Counted from the stretch's first letter, positions 18,363 to 29,214 are shown. The stretch is 64,000 nt of DNA from Bacteroidota bacterium (GCA_027491355.1 JAIXWI010000034.1:4240-68239), one strand, 5' to 3'. The notes: generated by a model not told the origin, from the sequence alone. A program made the numbers and translations.

Positions 18363-20450
18363 ATGATTACAGAAAAATTAGGATTGCTTTTTAAAGACCG
18401 TGAAATAAGTTGGTTGCATTTCAACGAACGTGTTTTACAAGAGGCCGAAAACAGCCAAAATCCTTTAATGGAAAGAATCAAGTTTCTGGCTATATTTTCG
18501 TCCAACATGGATGAATTTTTTAGGGTTCGTGTAGCACATATTCTTAAAATTCAAAAAATAAACCCCAAAAAGCCAATTAGTGAATACCAATCATCTCCCA
18601 ATATTATTTTAGCTGAGATTCAAAGTCATGTTTTAACTTTACAAGACAGGTTTACCCATGTCTATCAGACACAAATTTTACCTGAATTGGCAAAAAAGCA
18701 AATCTTTATAAAAGAAGAATTTGAACTCAATGACATTGAGAAAAGTGCTGTCAATTCATACTTTCAAAGTCAGGTTTTACCTCATTTATTTCCTATCTTA
18801 CTGGATGATTTAAAACAAGCACCACTCCTCAAGGACAAAAGTATTTACTTGGCCATTGGAATGAGCCATTCAAATGCAAGGAGCAATGTCAAACATGCCA
18901 TCATTGAAATTCCAACAGCAGTTTTAGGTAGGTTTTTTCTGATTCCTCAAAATACAAATGGAACAACCATCGTATTGTTAGAAAATAGCATACGCGCAAA
19001 CCTTGCCAGTATTTTCTCGGTATTTGGTTACGACCAGTTTGAATCTTATGTTATTAAATTAACCAGAGATGCCGAGTTTACATTGTCTCAAGATGAAACA
19101 GGTTATACCATTGGTTTATTAGACAAAATTCAAAAAAGCTTAAAACAACGTTCAAAAGGCTCTCCTACCCGTTTCATCTTTGATGAAAAAATGCCCAAGT
19201 ACATGCTGGATTTTTTGATAAATAAACTGGCATTAAGAAATGTGAATTTGATTCCCGGAGGAAGGTACCATAATTTCAAAGATTTTATGGATTTCCCTAA
19301 AGTGGGCTCCCCAGAGGATTATGCTAAGAAAATGTCGCCACTGCCTCTGAGCAAAATCAATCAAGCAAAAACTTTGTTTGATGTGATAGCGCACGATGAC
19401 ATTTTATTGCATCATCCCTACCACTCTTTCGATTACCTCATTCGCATGCTCAGAGAGGCAGCCCTTGATCCTGCTGTTGTTAGCATTCAAATAACATTGT
19501 ACCGAGTTGCCAAACACAGTAACGTAGTAAATGCCTTAATCAATGCAATTCAAAACGGTAAAAAAGTGATTGTATTGATGGAGCTGCAAGCACGTTTTGA
19601 CGAAGAATCGAATATTTATTGGACTAACAAACTGCAAGAAGCGGGAGCAACGGTTCATTTCGGTAAACAAGGCCAAAAAGTACATTGTAAGTTTTGTTTG
19701 ATTCACCGTAAAGAAAAAAATGGCATTGTAAAGTACGCTCATCTATCGACTGGGAATTACAATGGTGAAACCGCAAGAATATATAGTGACTTTGCATTGT
19801 TTACCGCCAACAAAGAAATAACACATGAATTGACACTATTGTGTGAAACCTTATTTGCTCAAATTAAACACAATGTATACAAACATTTGTTGATTGCGCC
19901 AGATTTCATGAAAAAGAAATTTTTAGATTTGATTGAGTTTGAAATGATAGAGGCAAAAGCAGGAAGAACAGCAAGAATCTTAGCAAAAATGAATTCATTG
20001 GTAGATGGAGACATCATTAAAAAATTATACCAAGCCAGTGAAGTTGGTGTAAAAATAGATTTAATTGTGAGGGGAATTTGTTGCTTAGTTCCTGGAGTAA
20101 GTGGAGTATCAAGCAATATCAAAATCATTAGTATCATAGACGGTTATTTGGAACATGCAAGGGTTTATTATTTTCACCATGCAGGTAGTAAAAAGTTGTA
20201 TTTAGCCTCAGCTGATTGGATGACCAGGAATTTACAAAATAGAATTGAATGCGCTTTTCCTATCTACCAACAGAAAAACAAAGATTTAATTCTGAAGATT
20301 TTGCAATTACAATTAGACGACAATCAAAAAGCCAGAATCATTGATGGCATCAACGATACGCGATTTGTAAGCAATTCAAACGATTCAAAACCGCTGAGTG
20401 CTCAATCAGCTACTTACGAATATTTAAAAGATAACCATCCATTTGTTTAG
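18363..20450 (+). CDS. ppk1: Polyphosphate kinase 1
   Basis: REISWLHFNERVL, SSNMDEFFRVRVA, LLHHPYHSF, ELQARFDEE, KVHCK, STGNYN, YLEHARV, SADWMTRN. Confidence 0.97.
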   Translation: MITEKLGLLFKDREISWLHFNERVLQEAENSQNPLMERIKFLAIFSSNMDEFFRVRVAHILKIQKINPKKPISEYQSSPNIILAEIQSHVLTLQDRFTHVYQTQILPELAKKQIFIKEEFELNDIEKSAVNSYFQSQVLPHLFPILLDDLKQAPLLKDKSIYLAIGMSHSNARSNVKHAIIEIPTAVLGRFFLIPQNTNGTTIVLLENSIRANLASIFSVFGYDQFESYVIKLTRDAEFTLSQDETGYTIGLLDKIQKSLKQRSKGSPTRFIFDEKMPKYMLDFLINKLALRNVNLIPGGRYHNFKDFMDFPKVGSPEDYAKKMSPLPLSKINQAKTLFDVIAHDDILLHHPYHSFDYLIRMLREAALDPAVVSIQITLYRVAKHSNVVNALINAIQNGKKVIVLMELQARFDEESNIYWTNKLQEAGATVHFGKQGQKVHCKFCLIHRKEKNGIVKYAHLSTGNYNGETARIYSDFALFTANKEITHELTLLCETLFAQIKHNVYKHLLIAPDFMKKKFLDLIEFEMIEAKAGRTARILAKMNSLVDGDIIKKLYQASEVGVKIDLIVRGICCLVPGVSGVSSNIKIISIIDGYLEHARVYYFHHAGSKKLYLASADWMTRNLQNRIECAFPIYQQKNKDLILKILQLQLDDNQKARIIDGINDTRFVSNSNDSKPLSAQSATYEYLKDNHPFV

Positions 20451-20455
20451 CTTTG
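20448..20455 (+). promoter_or_regulatory. Bacteroidota -7 promoter element for rnpB (overlaps the ppk1 stop codon)
   Basis: TAGCTTTG matches TAnnTTTG a few nt before the RNase P RNA 5' end. Confidence 0.6.
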
Positions 20456-20459
20456 TATT

Positions 20460-20833
20460 GCAAAATCGGTTATCGCTGAATTTTATTCAGAGGAAAGTCC
20501 GGGCAACACAGAGCACCATACTGCCTAACAGACAGGTCTCGTAAAAGAGAACAGAAAGTGCCACAGAAAACAAACCGCCCATAGGTTCACCTATGGGTAA
20601 GGGTGAAAAGGAGGGGTAAGAGCCCACCGCAAAGTTAGTGATAGCTTTGGCAGGGTAAACCTTATGGGTTGCAAGGTCAAATAGGCTTCAATAGTCAGAC
20701 TGCTCGTCTGTATGCTTTCTTTGGAAAGTGAATTGAAGTGGGTAGACTGCATGAGCATTGAGGCAACTCAATGCCTAGATAAATGATAACCAATCAATGT
20801 AAATTGATCACAGAACCCGGCTTATGATTTTGT
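20460..20833 (+). ncRNA. rnpB: RNase P RNA, bacterial type A
   Basis: Conserved GAGGAAAGTCCGGGC, AGAAAGTGCCACAGAAA, GGGTGAAA..GGTAAGAGCCCACC, GGTAAACC, TAGATAAATGAT, ACAGAACCCGGCTTA. P1 pairs GCAAAATC with GATTTTGT. Confidence 0.97.
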
Positions 20834-20860
20834 AAAAAGGAGCTTCGGCTCCTTTTTTTT
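20834..20860 (+). terminator. Intrinsic terminator of rnpB
   Basis: AAAAAGGAGC-TTCG-GCTCCTTTTTTTT. Confidence 0.9.
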
Positions 20861-20938
20861 GTTTAAAAACTGTGAGTTTAATTTATTTTTAATATCTTTT
20901 TAAAACATTTAATTTGATACCTAATAACTTTTCTAAAA

Positions 20939-23900
20939 ATGAGAAAAATAGTTTTGTTCACGGTGCTTTTGTTCTTTTTTCAACAACTCAAAGCACAAAC
21001 TATATATTGGAACCAAATTGATGAGCCTTCAAATGTAAATACTTCAGACAGGTGGATCATACCTGAAAAATACAGTGTTTTCGAATTGCAAATTGAAACA
21101 CTTAAAAAAATCTTGGAACAGTCTCCAGAAGAATACATGGGCACTCGTAGTGGAATTGTTATTCAAATCCCTATGCCAGATGGTAAACTTAAACCCTTTC
21201 AAGTTTACCACTCGCCAGTTATGGCACCAGAACTTGCCAAACAATTCCCAGCAATTGATACATGGCGAGGACAAGGCATTGAGGACCCTTCTGAAAGTGT
21301 TCATTTAGACATTACTCTAAAAGGATTTCATGCCATGGTACTCTCTCCAAATGGGACTTATTTTGTTGACCCATATGCAAATGGCAACACCCAATTTTAT
21401 ATCAGTTACTTCAAAAATGATTTGATAGCCAAAGCCAAATTTTTTGAAGAAGGTGTCTTAAAAAATACTACTATACAACCAACACCAAACAACAATACAC
21501 CCAATAATATTGTTACACCACCTGGTTCAACTATTCAAAATAGAAGCAATGGTTTAACTTTAAAAACATACCGTTTGGCTTTAGCTGCAACATTTGAATA
21601 CACTACATTTCAGGGTGGTACCGTTGCGCTGGCGCTTTCAGCAATGGTTACTTCAGTGAATAGAGTTGTTGGTGTGTACAGAAAAGAAGTTGGTGTTTCA
21701 CTCACCTTGGTTGCAAACACATCTAGCTTAATTTATACAACCGCTGCAGATCCTTACACCAATTCAAGTGGTTCAACCATGTTGTCTGAAAACATCAACA
21801 ATGTCAATACCATTATTGGATCAGCAAATTATGATATTGGACATGTATTTAGTACTGGTGGTGGAGGTGTAGCCTATTTAGCATCCGTTTGTACTGCTAA
21901 TAAAGCAGGTGGTGTTACTGGTTCAGCTTCACCTGTAAACGATGCATTTGACATTGACTATGTAGCGCATGAAATTGGGCATCAGTTTGGAGGAAACCAT
22001 ACCTTCAATGGAACAACAGGTAGCTGTTCAGGTTCAAACAGAAATGCATCTACAGCATACGAACCTGGAAGTGGAAGCACCATCATGGCATATGCTGGTA
22101 TTTGCTCAGGACAAAATTTACAACCAAACAGTGATCCTTATTTTCATACCATTAATTTTAATGAAATCATTACCAATATAACTACTGGTTCAGCTTCAAC
22201 ATGTGCAGTAAGTTCAGCCTCAAACAATCAAATTCCAACTTGCAATGTAGGAACCACCAGCTTTACCATACCTTTTGGAACGCCATTTACGTTAACAGGA
22301 ACAGGAAGCGACCCAGACAATGATGTCGTTACCTATTGTTGGGAACAAATGAATTTAGGCACAGCAACAGCCCCAAACACCCCTCCAAACCCTGGACCAA
22401 GGTTTAGAACTTACAACCCTACAACCAGCCCAAGTAGGACAATTCCACAATACAGTGCTTTGTTAAACAACACCGTTCCAGTGGGTGAAATTTTGTCAAC
22501 TGCTGCACAAACATTAACTTTCAGGCTAACTGTCAGAGACAACAGGAGCAATTGTGGTGGTGTATACTATGACCCTAACAATGTTACTGTTACTGTAGCC
22601 TCAACTGGTCCATTTTCAATTACCAGTAACCCATCATTTTGGGGTAAAAAAACAAACCAAACAGTTACCTGGAACTTAGCTTCAACCAATATTAGCCCTA
22701 TTAATTGCGCCAATGTAAAAATCTCTCTCTCCACAGACGGTGGTTTAACATTCCCTATTGTTTTAGCAAACAGTACCGCAAACGATGGAACTGAAACAGT
22801 AACTATTCCTGATATTACCACCCAAAATGCGAGATTAAGAGTGGAAGCCATAGGCAATATCTTTTTTGCAATCAATACTTCCAACTTTACCATAGACGAT
22901 CCAACCGCAGGAATGTTTGTAACTTTTGGAACCGGAACAGGTTCTAACACAGGTACCACCTACCCTGCTCCATATGGAAGTTTTTTTGGAGGTGCCAAAC
23001 ACCAATTAATTTACAGAGCATCGGAACTAACTGCAATGGGATTGAACGCTGGTGTCATTACACAATTTGGCTTCAATGTGAGCACACTTGTAAGTGGCAG
23101 TTTGACTTCATTTACAATAGGCATGAAAAACTCAACAGTTAATGATTTAACAAGTGCATGGCAAACAGGCTTCACAACGGTCTTAAACAGTTCTACTTTA
23201 ACTCCTAAAACGGGTTGGAATTTGCATACATTGAATGTTCCATTTTATTGGGATGGAACCTCAAATATTATTGTTGAGGTATGTTTTAACAATAACAATG
23301 CTGGAACCGCAAGCAGCACGCTAACCACTTTAACCACCGGTTTACCTACTGGTACATCAAGGTGGTATACTGCAGACAATACCGCAACTGTTTGTTCAGG
23401 AACAGCTGTTACCACAACTGGAAGTACAAGCAGACCCAACGCACGTTTATTCATCATCACAGAACCAACAGTTAACGCAAGCAATATTCAAGTTACCAAT
23501 ATTGGAAATACCTCTGCCACCATCAACTGGAGTATAGGCAATGGCAGAAAACGCATGGTTGTTGTAAGAGAAAGTTCTGTTTTAGCAATAGCACCTATTA
23601 ATTTCAACAATTATATTGCATCGCCTCAAATCAGTATGAGTCAGGTAACAGGCCTCAACAATTTTGTAGTGTACAATGATACCGGAAATACTGTTACTCT
23701 TTCGGGCTTGAGTCTTAACACCAACTATTCAATAGACATTTATGAATACAATGGAATCAATGGTAATGTTGTTTACAAAATGTCTCCAACTACTGGAACA
23801 TTCCAAACCATTGGCTCATGTGTTTTCCAAGTAAACAATGGGTTAGATTCCATACTAACTTGCTCTACAATTACCAATGTCGTATATCAATCTGGTTTTA

Positions 23901-25396
23901 CATTTGTTGCTGCACAATTTAAAACAAATGGTAATTGGCAAAACACAAACACCATTAACAACAATGGTTCAATTTTGGTTCCTGCAGCTCAAACTGGTTG
24001 GTACAAAATTCAAGTTACTGGAACTAACGGATGTATTGGTATTGACAGTGCTTACGTAACCATTGGCTCAATGGGTAAGCCTCTAATTCAGTTGTCAGGT
24101 GACAGTACTTTTTGTCAAGGAAATGCCATTACAATGAATGTGAACCCACAAAACAACGCCAGTTATAGATGGATAGAAACAACTTCCAATTCTTTGCTAG
24201 GAACAAATAGTAGTTTTTTAACAAACCAAGCTGGTAAGTATCGTTGTATTGTCACATCCATGTTCGGTTGCTCAGATACCACACGAGAGCAATTAGTAAC
24301 AGTAAACAACATCCCTAACATTGCCTATACTTTGGTATCAGGAAGTAGTTTCATTTGCAATACCTGTTCTGCTTCAGTTCAACTCAATAACCCAAGTGGC
24401 ACATTGTATACTTGGTACAAAAACAATGTTTTGTTTAAACAAGATACTTTTTCTAACACCATTTTAAATGATGCTGGCACTTATACCATTCAAGCAAAAA
24501 GCTTAGCTAATTGTAATAGCAATGTTTCAGCACCATTAAGAATTACCAAATTTTTTACTTCAATTGTCTTACCAGATTCTGCTAAAACTTGTCAATACGA
24601 CAGTATTTTACTCGAACCCGGCGATGGCTTTGTAGCTGTAAAATGGAATACACCTATGCCTCAAATGAGTGCAGCATATATGGTTCCAAACAACCCCGAT
24701 GACCCAGATGCTTTGGTAAATGGAACGCTCGTTGCAACTAAAACAGGTTGGTATTTCATTGAAGCCAAAACATTAAATGGAAACACCCTCAAAGACAGCG
24801 TATATGTTCAAATTGGTTGTAATGTGATACTGAATGTTAAGGTATTTATTCAATCCCTGTATTTAGGAAACCAAACCATGACCCCAGTATTATTGAATGC
24901 GGCTCAAAGTTTCTCAAGTAATGTAACAGATAGCATTGAAGTAGCATTGCATGAAACAACCGGAAGTTACAATCAAATTTTCAAGCAAAAAGGCATTGTA
25001 GATATCAACGGAAATATTCAATTAAACATACCCCCAACAACTTTAAACAACAACTATTATTTGGTTGTCAATTATAAAAACGCAATCAGCACTTGGAGTA
25101 AAAACCCAGTAACCATGTCTGCAATTACCAATTATGATTTTAGCGTTGCGGCTACACAGGCTTATGGAGACAACTTGATAGATGATGGAAATGGGGTATT
25201 TTTAATTTACAGTGGAGATATCAACCAAGATGGCTTTGTGGATGGAAACGATTTCATTGACCTTGATAATGACAATGCAAACTTCGTTTCAGGTTATGCC
25301 ATTACAGATGTAAATGGAGATGGCTTTGTGGATGGAAATGATTTTATCATTCTAGATAACAACAATGCCAATTTTATTGGTATTGTCAGACCCTAA
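20939..25396 (+). CDS. Secreted M12B/reprolysin-like zinc metallopeptidase with Fn3/Ig domains and a C-terminal dockerin-like Ca-binding duplication
   Basis: Signal peptide; VAHEIGHQFGGNH (HExxHxxGxxH); EPGSGSTIMAY Met-turn; C-terminal GDINQDGFVDGNDF and DVNGDGFVDGNDF. Confidence 0.9.
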   Translation: MRKIVLFTVLLFFFQQLKAQTIYWNQIDEPSNVNTSDRWIIPEKYSVFELQIETLKKILEQSPEEYMGTRSGIVIQIPMPDGKLKPFQVYHSPVMAPELAKQFPAIDTWRGQGIEDPSESVHLDITLKGFHAMVLSPNGTYFVDPYANGNTQFYISYFKNDLIAKAKFFEEGVLKNTTIQPTPNNNTPNNIVTPPGSTIQNRSNGLTLKTYRLALAATFEYTTFQGGTVALALSAMVTSVNRVVGVYRKEVGVSLTLVANTSSLIYTTAADPYTNSSGSTMLSENINNVNTIIGSANYDIGHVFSTGGGGVAYLASVCTANKAGGVTGSASPVNDAFDIDYVAHEIGHQFGGNHTFNGTTGSCSGSNRNASTAYEPGSGSTIMAYAGICSGQNLQPNSDPYFHTINFNEIITNITTGSASTCAVSSASNNQIPTCNVGTTSFTIPFGTPFTLTGTGSDPDNDVVTYCWEQMNLGTATAPNTPPNPGPRFRTYNPTTSPSRTIPQYSALLNNTVPVGEILSTAAQTLTFRLTVRDNRSNCGGVYYDPNNVTVTVASTGPFSITSNPSFWGKKTNQTVTWNLASTNISPINCANVKISLSTDGGLTFPIVLANSTANDGTETVTIPDITTQNARLRVEAIGNIFFAINTSNFTIDDPTAGMFVTFGTGTGSNTGTTYPAPYGSFFGGAKHQLIYRASELTAMGLNAGVITQFGFNVSTLVSGSLTSFTIGMKNSTVNDLTSAWQTGFTTVLNSSTLTPKTGWNLHTLNVPFYWDGTSNIIVEVCFNNNNAGTASSTLTTLTTGLPTGTSRWYTADNTATVCSGTAVTTTGSTSRPNARLFIITEPTVNASNIQVTNIGNTSATINWSIGNGRKRMVVVRESSVLAIAPINFNNYIASPQISMSQVTGLNNFVVYNDTGNTVTLSGLSLNTNYSIDIYEYNGINGNVVYKMSPTTGTFQTIGSCVFQVNNGLDSILTCSTITNVVYQSGFTFVAAQFKTNGNWQNTNTINNNGSILVPAAQTGWYKIQVTGTNGCIGIDSAYVTIGSMGKPLIQLSGDSTFCQGNAITMNVNPQNNASYRWIETTSNSLLGTNSSFLTNQAGKYRCIVTSMFGCSDTTREQLVTVNNIPNIAYTLVSGSSFICNTCSASVQLNNPSGTLYTWYKNNVLFKQDTFSNTILNDAGTYTIQAKSLANCNSNVSAPLRITKFFTSIVLPDSAKTCQYDSILLEPGDGFVAVKWNTPMPQMSAAYMVPNNPDDPDALVNGTLVATKTGWYFIEAKTLNGNTLKDSVYVQIGCNVILNVKVFIQSLYLGNQTMTPVLLNAAQSFSSNVTDSIEVALHETTGSYNQIFKQKGIVDINGNIQLNIPPTTLNNNYYLVVNYKNAISTWSKNPVTMSAITNYDFSVAATQAYGDNLIDDGNGVFLIYSGDINQDGFVDGNDFIDLDNDNANFVSGYAITDVNGDGFVDGNDFIILDNNNANFIGIVRP

Positions 25397-25415
25397 TTGA
25401 ATTCTGTATTGATTG

Positions 25416-25450
25416 AAGGGGCAAACCGGCATGCTGGTTTGCCCCTTTTT
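25416..25450 (+). terminator. Intrinsic terminator
   Basis: AAGGGGCAAACCGGC-AT-GCTGGTTTGCCCCTTTTT. Confidence 0.85.
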
Positions 25451-25524
25451 AATTCACTAAATATCAACAGCGTTTTAAATGTCCACAAAATTTGGCACTT
25501 TTACACCTTTAAGCAGATTTTGAT

Positions 25525-26889
25525 ATGGCAAAAATTTTAATCATAGACGACGAAAAAGCAATCCGCAATACCCTTCGCGAAATTTTAGAATATGAAAGTT
25601 ACAGTGTTGACGAAGCTGCTAACGGAGAAGAAGGACTTCAAAAAATTGAAAACGAAGAATACGATGCGGTTTTATGCGATGTTAAAATGCCTAAAATGGA
25701 TGGCATGACCGTTCTCGAAAAATCAAGAGAAATTGATGAAGACTTGCCTTTCATTATGATCAGTGGACATGGCAATGTTGAAATGGCTGTTGAAGCGAGT
25801 AAAAAAGGAGCATTTGATTTTATTGTCAAACCACCAGATTTAAACAAATTACTCATTACGCTCAGAAATGCTTTAGATAAAAAAGATTTGGTCATTGAAA
25901 CCAAAGTTTTAAGAAGAAAAGTAACCAAAACCAGAGAAATTGTTGGTAGCACCCCTGCCATTGTTAACATCATGGATACCATTGAAAAGGTAGCACCAAC
26001 CGATGCAAGGGTATTGATTACAGGAGAAAATGGTACAGGTAAAGAATTGGTGGCTCGTTGGATTCATGAAAAAAGCAACCGTGCTAAAAACCCAATTATA
26101 GAAGTAAACTGTGCTGCCATTCCAGCTGAATTGATAGAAAGTGAATTGTTTGGTCACGAAAAAGGAGCCTTCACTTCAGCCATCAAACAACGCATCGGAA
26201 AATTTGAACAAGCCCATGGGGCCACTTTGTTTTTAGATGAAGTGGGTGACATGAGTTTGTCTGCGCAAGCCAAAGTATTGCGTGCCTTACAAGAAAATAA
26301 AATTACACGTGTAGGAGGAGAAAAAGACATTGAAGTAGATGTACGTGTGATTGCAGCAACCAATAAAAACTTATTGAAAGAAATTGAAAAAGGTAATTTC
26401 AGAATGGACTTATACCACCGATTGAGTGTGATATTGATTCATGTACCTTCATTGAGCGAACGGAGAGAGGACATTTCATTGATTGCTGAAAGATTTATCA
26501 AAGAGATTTGTGAAGACAGTGGCATTCCTAAAAAAGCATTTTTACCTCAAGCCCTTGAAGAATTAAAGAAATTGAACTTCAGTGGCAATATCCGTGAGTT
26601 AAGAAACATTGTAGAGCGCTTGGTTATTTTAGGTCAGCAACGCATTACCGTTGAAGACATTCAAAAATTTGCCAACCCCATCAATGCCAGAGACGAAGAA
26701 AAATCAATCTATGAAAGGTTCAGCACCTTGCAAGATTTCAAAGAATATGTAGAGCGTATTTTCATTGAAGAAAAACTCAAAAAGAATGGCTGGAACGTTG
26801 CCAAAACAGCAATGGAAATAGACATTCAACGCAGTCACTTGTACAACAAAATTGAAAAATACAGCTTGCGCAGAGGCGAAAGCGAATAA
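25525..26889 (+). CDS. NtrC/NtrX-like response regulator (REC-AAA+-Fis HTH)
   Basis: ILIIDDE, CDVKMP, GENGTGKE, ESELFGHEKGAFTSA, FLDEV, GNIRELRN. Confidence 0.92.
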   Translation: MAKILIIDDEKAIRNTLREILEYESYSVDEAANGEEGLQKIENEEYDAVLCDVKMPKMDGMTVLEKSREIDEDLPFIMISGHGNVEMAVEASKKGAFDFIVKPPDLNKLLITLRNALDKKDLVIETKVLRRKVTKTREIVGSTPAIVNIMDTIEKVAPTDARVLITGENGTGKELVARWIHEKSNRAKNPIIEVNCAAIPAELIESELFGHEKGAFTSAIKQRIGKFEQAHGATLFLDEVGDMSLSAQAKVLRALQENKITRVGGEKDIEVDVRVIAATNKNLLKEIEKGNFRMDLYHRLSVILIHVPSLSERREDISLIAERFIKEICEDSGIPKKAFLPQALEELKKLNFSGNIRELRNIVERLVILGQQRITVEDIQKFANPINARDEEKSIYERFSTLQDFKEYVERIFIEEKLKKNGWNVAKTAMEIDIQRSHLYNKIEKYSLRRGESE

Positions 26890-26898
26890 GCATTCAAC

Positions 26899-27858
26899 AT
26901 GATTGGGACTGATGTGCAACATGCTGCCAACTTGCTCAAAGCTGGTCAATTGGTAGCCATTCCAACAGAAACAGTTTATGGTTTAGCTGCCAATGCCTTT
27001 GATGATACAGCAGTTCAAGCCATTTACAAAGCCAAAGGAAGGCCTCAGTTCAATCCATTGATTATTCATACCAATGGTTTGCATCGAATAGAGGAATGGG
27101 GCATGCAGGTTCCTGAAAAAGCCTTAGCATTGGCAAATGCTTTTAGCCCAGGTCCAATTTCTTTTGTGATTCCAAAAAGCAATCAAATTTCAGATTTGGT
27201 GACTGCGGGGCACGAATATGTTGCGGTAAGAATTCCAAATCACCCACTTTGTTTGGATTTGTTATCAAGATTAGATTTCCCTTTGGCAGCGCCTAGTGCC
27301 AATAAATCGGGCTGTATCAGCCCAACCACAGCCCAACATGTTGCCGACCAATTTGGTGAAGAAATTCCGTATATTTTAGAGGGTGGTCCTTGTACCATTG
27401 GATTAGAATCGAGCATTGTTTCTTTTGCCAATAAGCAAATTCAATTGCTGCGTTTAGGCGGATTGGCCAAAGAAAAAATAGAAGCGGTATTGAATTGTAA
27501 ATTGTCAATTGAGCATATTCAAAACAATGAAAATCCGCTATCTCCAGGTTTATTGAGCAGGCACTATGCCCCAACAACACCTTTGTATTTAGAATCAAGT
27601 GTATCGCCTACTTCACTTGGAGAGCCAACAAAAATTGCCTGTATTCGATTTCAACAATACCACCCAGCAATTCCTAAAGAAAACCAATTTATACTGTCAG
27701 AAATGGGTTCTTTGGATGAAGCAGCTCAGCACTTATTCATGGCCATGCGACTTGCAGATGCAGGAAACTTCAATTGTATATTGGCAGAAGTTTTCCCTCC
27801 TCATGGCTTAGGTTTGGCCATTAACGACCGCTTAAAACGTGCAGCTGTAGCCAGCTAA
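26899..27858 (+). CDS. L-threonylcarbamoyladenylate synthase (Sua5/TsaC)
   Basis: PTETVYGLAA, KGRPQFNPLI, APSANKSG, SRHYAP, AINDRLKRAA. Confidence 0.93.
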   Translation: MIGTDVQHAANLLKAGQLVAIPTETVYGLAANAFDDTAVQAIYKAKGRPQFNPLIIHTNGLHRIEEWGMQVPEKALALANAFSPGPISFVIPKSNQISDLVTAGHEYVAVRIPNHPLCLDLLSRLDFPLAAPSANKSGCISPTTAQHVADQFGEEIPYILEGGPCTIGLESSIVSFANKQIQLLRLGGLAKEKIEAVLNCKLSIEHIQNNENPLSPGLLSRHYAPTTPLYLESSVSPTSLGEPTKIACIRFQQYHPAIPKENQFILSEMGSLDEAAQHLFMAMRLADAGNFNCILAEVFPPHGLGLAINDRLKRAAVAS

Positions 27859-27869
27859 TTAAAATTAAA

Positions 27870-28799
27870 ATGAGAATTGTATTTTTTGGAACACCCGCAT
27901 TTGCAGCCTATTCATTACAGGCATTGATCAACAACAAATTGAATGTAGTTGCAGTAGTTACAGCACCTGATAAACCTGCCGGTAGAGGCATGCAATTGCA
28001 AAGCTCTGAAGTAAAAAAATGTGCTGAAGCAAACCAAATTCCTGTTCTACAACCCCTGAAATTAAAAGACCCTGAATTTATAGCCCAATTGGCTTCATAC
28101 CAAGCCGATTTACAAATAGTAATAGCCTTTCGCATGTTGCCTGAAATAGTTTGGAACATGCCACAATTTGGCACCTTGAATTTACATGCTTCTTTATTGC
28201 CTGCCTATAGGGGTGCAGCGCCCATCAATTGGGCCATTATGAATGGAGAAACTGAAACAGGAGTATGTACCTTCTTTTTACAACACGAAATTGATACGGG
28301 TGATATGCTCCTGAGTAAAGCTCATGCCATTGGCAAAGAAACCAATGCAGGAGAATTACATGACCAATTGATGGTATTAGGTGCAGAAACTGTGATAGAA
28401 TCAGTCCGCTTAATTGAAGCGGGTAAAACAAAAGGAACGCCTCAATTAAAAGGGGAATACCCTATTGCCCCTAAATTGTTCAAACAAGATTGCTTGCTCG
28501 ATTTTAATCAAAATGCTGTGCAGGTTTACAATAAAATAAGAGGACTCAGCCCCTATCCTGCTGCTTATTTTATGATGGACGGAAATCCAGTAAAAGCATT
28601 CAAAGCAACCTACAAGCATGCTGATACTTCAAATGTAAAGCCTGGATGCATTTTAACCGATGGCAAAACACATTTTGATATTGCTTGCAAAGATGGCTTT
28701 ATTCAATTGTTAGAACTACAGCCTGCATCTAAGAAAAGAATGGATATTGCATCTTTTTTGAGAGGCTATCAATTGCCTGAGCAGGTTGATGCTATTTAA
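27870..28799 (+). CDS. fmt: Methionyl-tRNA formyltransferase
   Basis: MRIVFFGTPAFA, NLHASLLPAYRGAAPINWAI, IRGLSPYP. Confidence 0.97.
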   Translation: MRIVFFGTPAFAAYSLQALINNKLNVVAVVTAPDKPAGRGMQLQSSEVKKCAEANQIPVLQPLKLKDPEFIAQLASYQADLQIVIAFRMLPEIVWNMPQFGTLNLHASLLPAYRGAAPINWAIMNGETETGVCTFFLQHEIDTGDMLLSKAHAIGKETNAGELHDQLMVLGAETVIESVRLIEAGKTKGTPQLKGEYPIAPKLFKQDCLLDFNQNAVQVYNKIRGLSPYPAAYFMMDGNPVKAFKATYKHADTSNVKPGCILTDGKTHFDIACKDGFIQLLELQPASKKRMDIASFLRGYQLPEQVDAI

Positions 28800-29158
28800 G
28801 CATTCTCTGAAACAGTTTGGGTATTTGACCAACGGTCGTGAAAACCGTTTTTGGTAAATAGGTATGAAATGATATCCAATGGCATTAAACGTACCAATGT
28901 CCGAATTGCCAAAGCAATTGCTTTTTGAGCTTGAGGGTTCATTAGTTCCACTTTGGTTTTGGTAATCCATTTTGCGGGTGATTTCTCAAAAAAGTATTCA
29001 CTCAAAAAATAATACAAGAAATATAAACCAATCGAAAACCATTTTGGATCGGTCATGATACCGTTTGCAGTAAGCAACTTTAGAGACAATCTAGACAGTA
29101 CCAAAAACAAAAAACTGTCTATGCAAAAATTTAAGAAACGAGAAAAAGTACTTGCCAT
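28796..29158 (-). CDS. RDD family membrane protein
   Basis: SRFLNFCID, KSPAKWITKTKV, GFHDRWSNT. Confidence 0.8.
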   Translation of the reverse strand: MASTFSRFLNFCIDSFLFLVLSRLSLKLLTANGIMTDPKWFSIGLYFLYYFLSEYFFEKSPAKWITKTKVELMNPQAQKAIALAIRTLVRLMPLDIISYLFTKNGFHDRWSNTQTVSENA

Positions 29159-29170
29159 ATTCAAATGTAT

Positions 29171-29196
29171 AAAAAAAGACCGTTTCCGGTCTTTTT
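29171..29196 (-). terminator. Intrinsic terminator downstream of the small lipoprotein gene
   Basis: AAAAAAAGACCG-TTTC-CGGTCTTTTT. Confidence 0.7.
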
Positions 29197-29214
29197 CAAA
29201 TTGTAATTCTAAAT

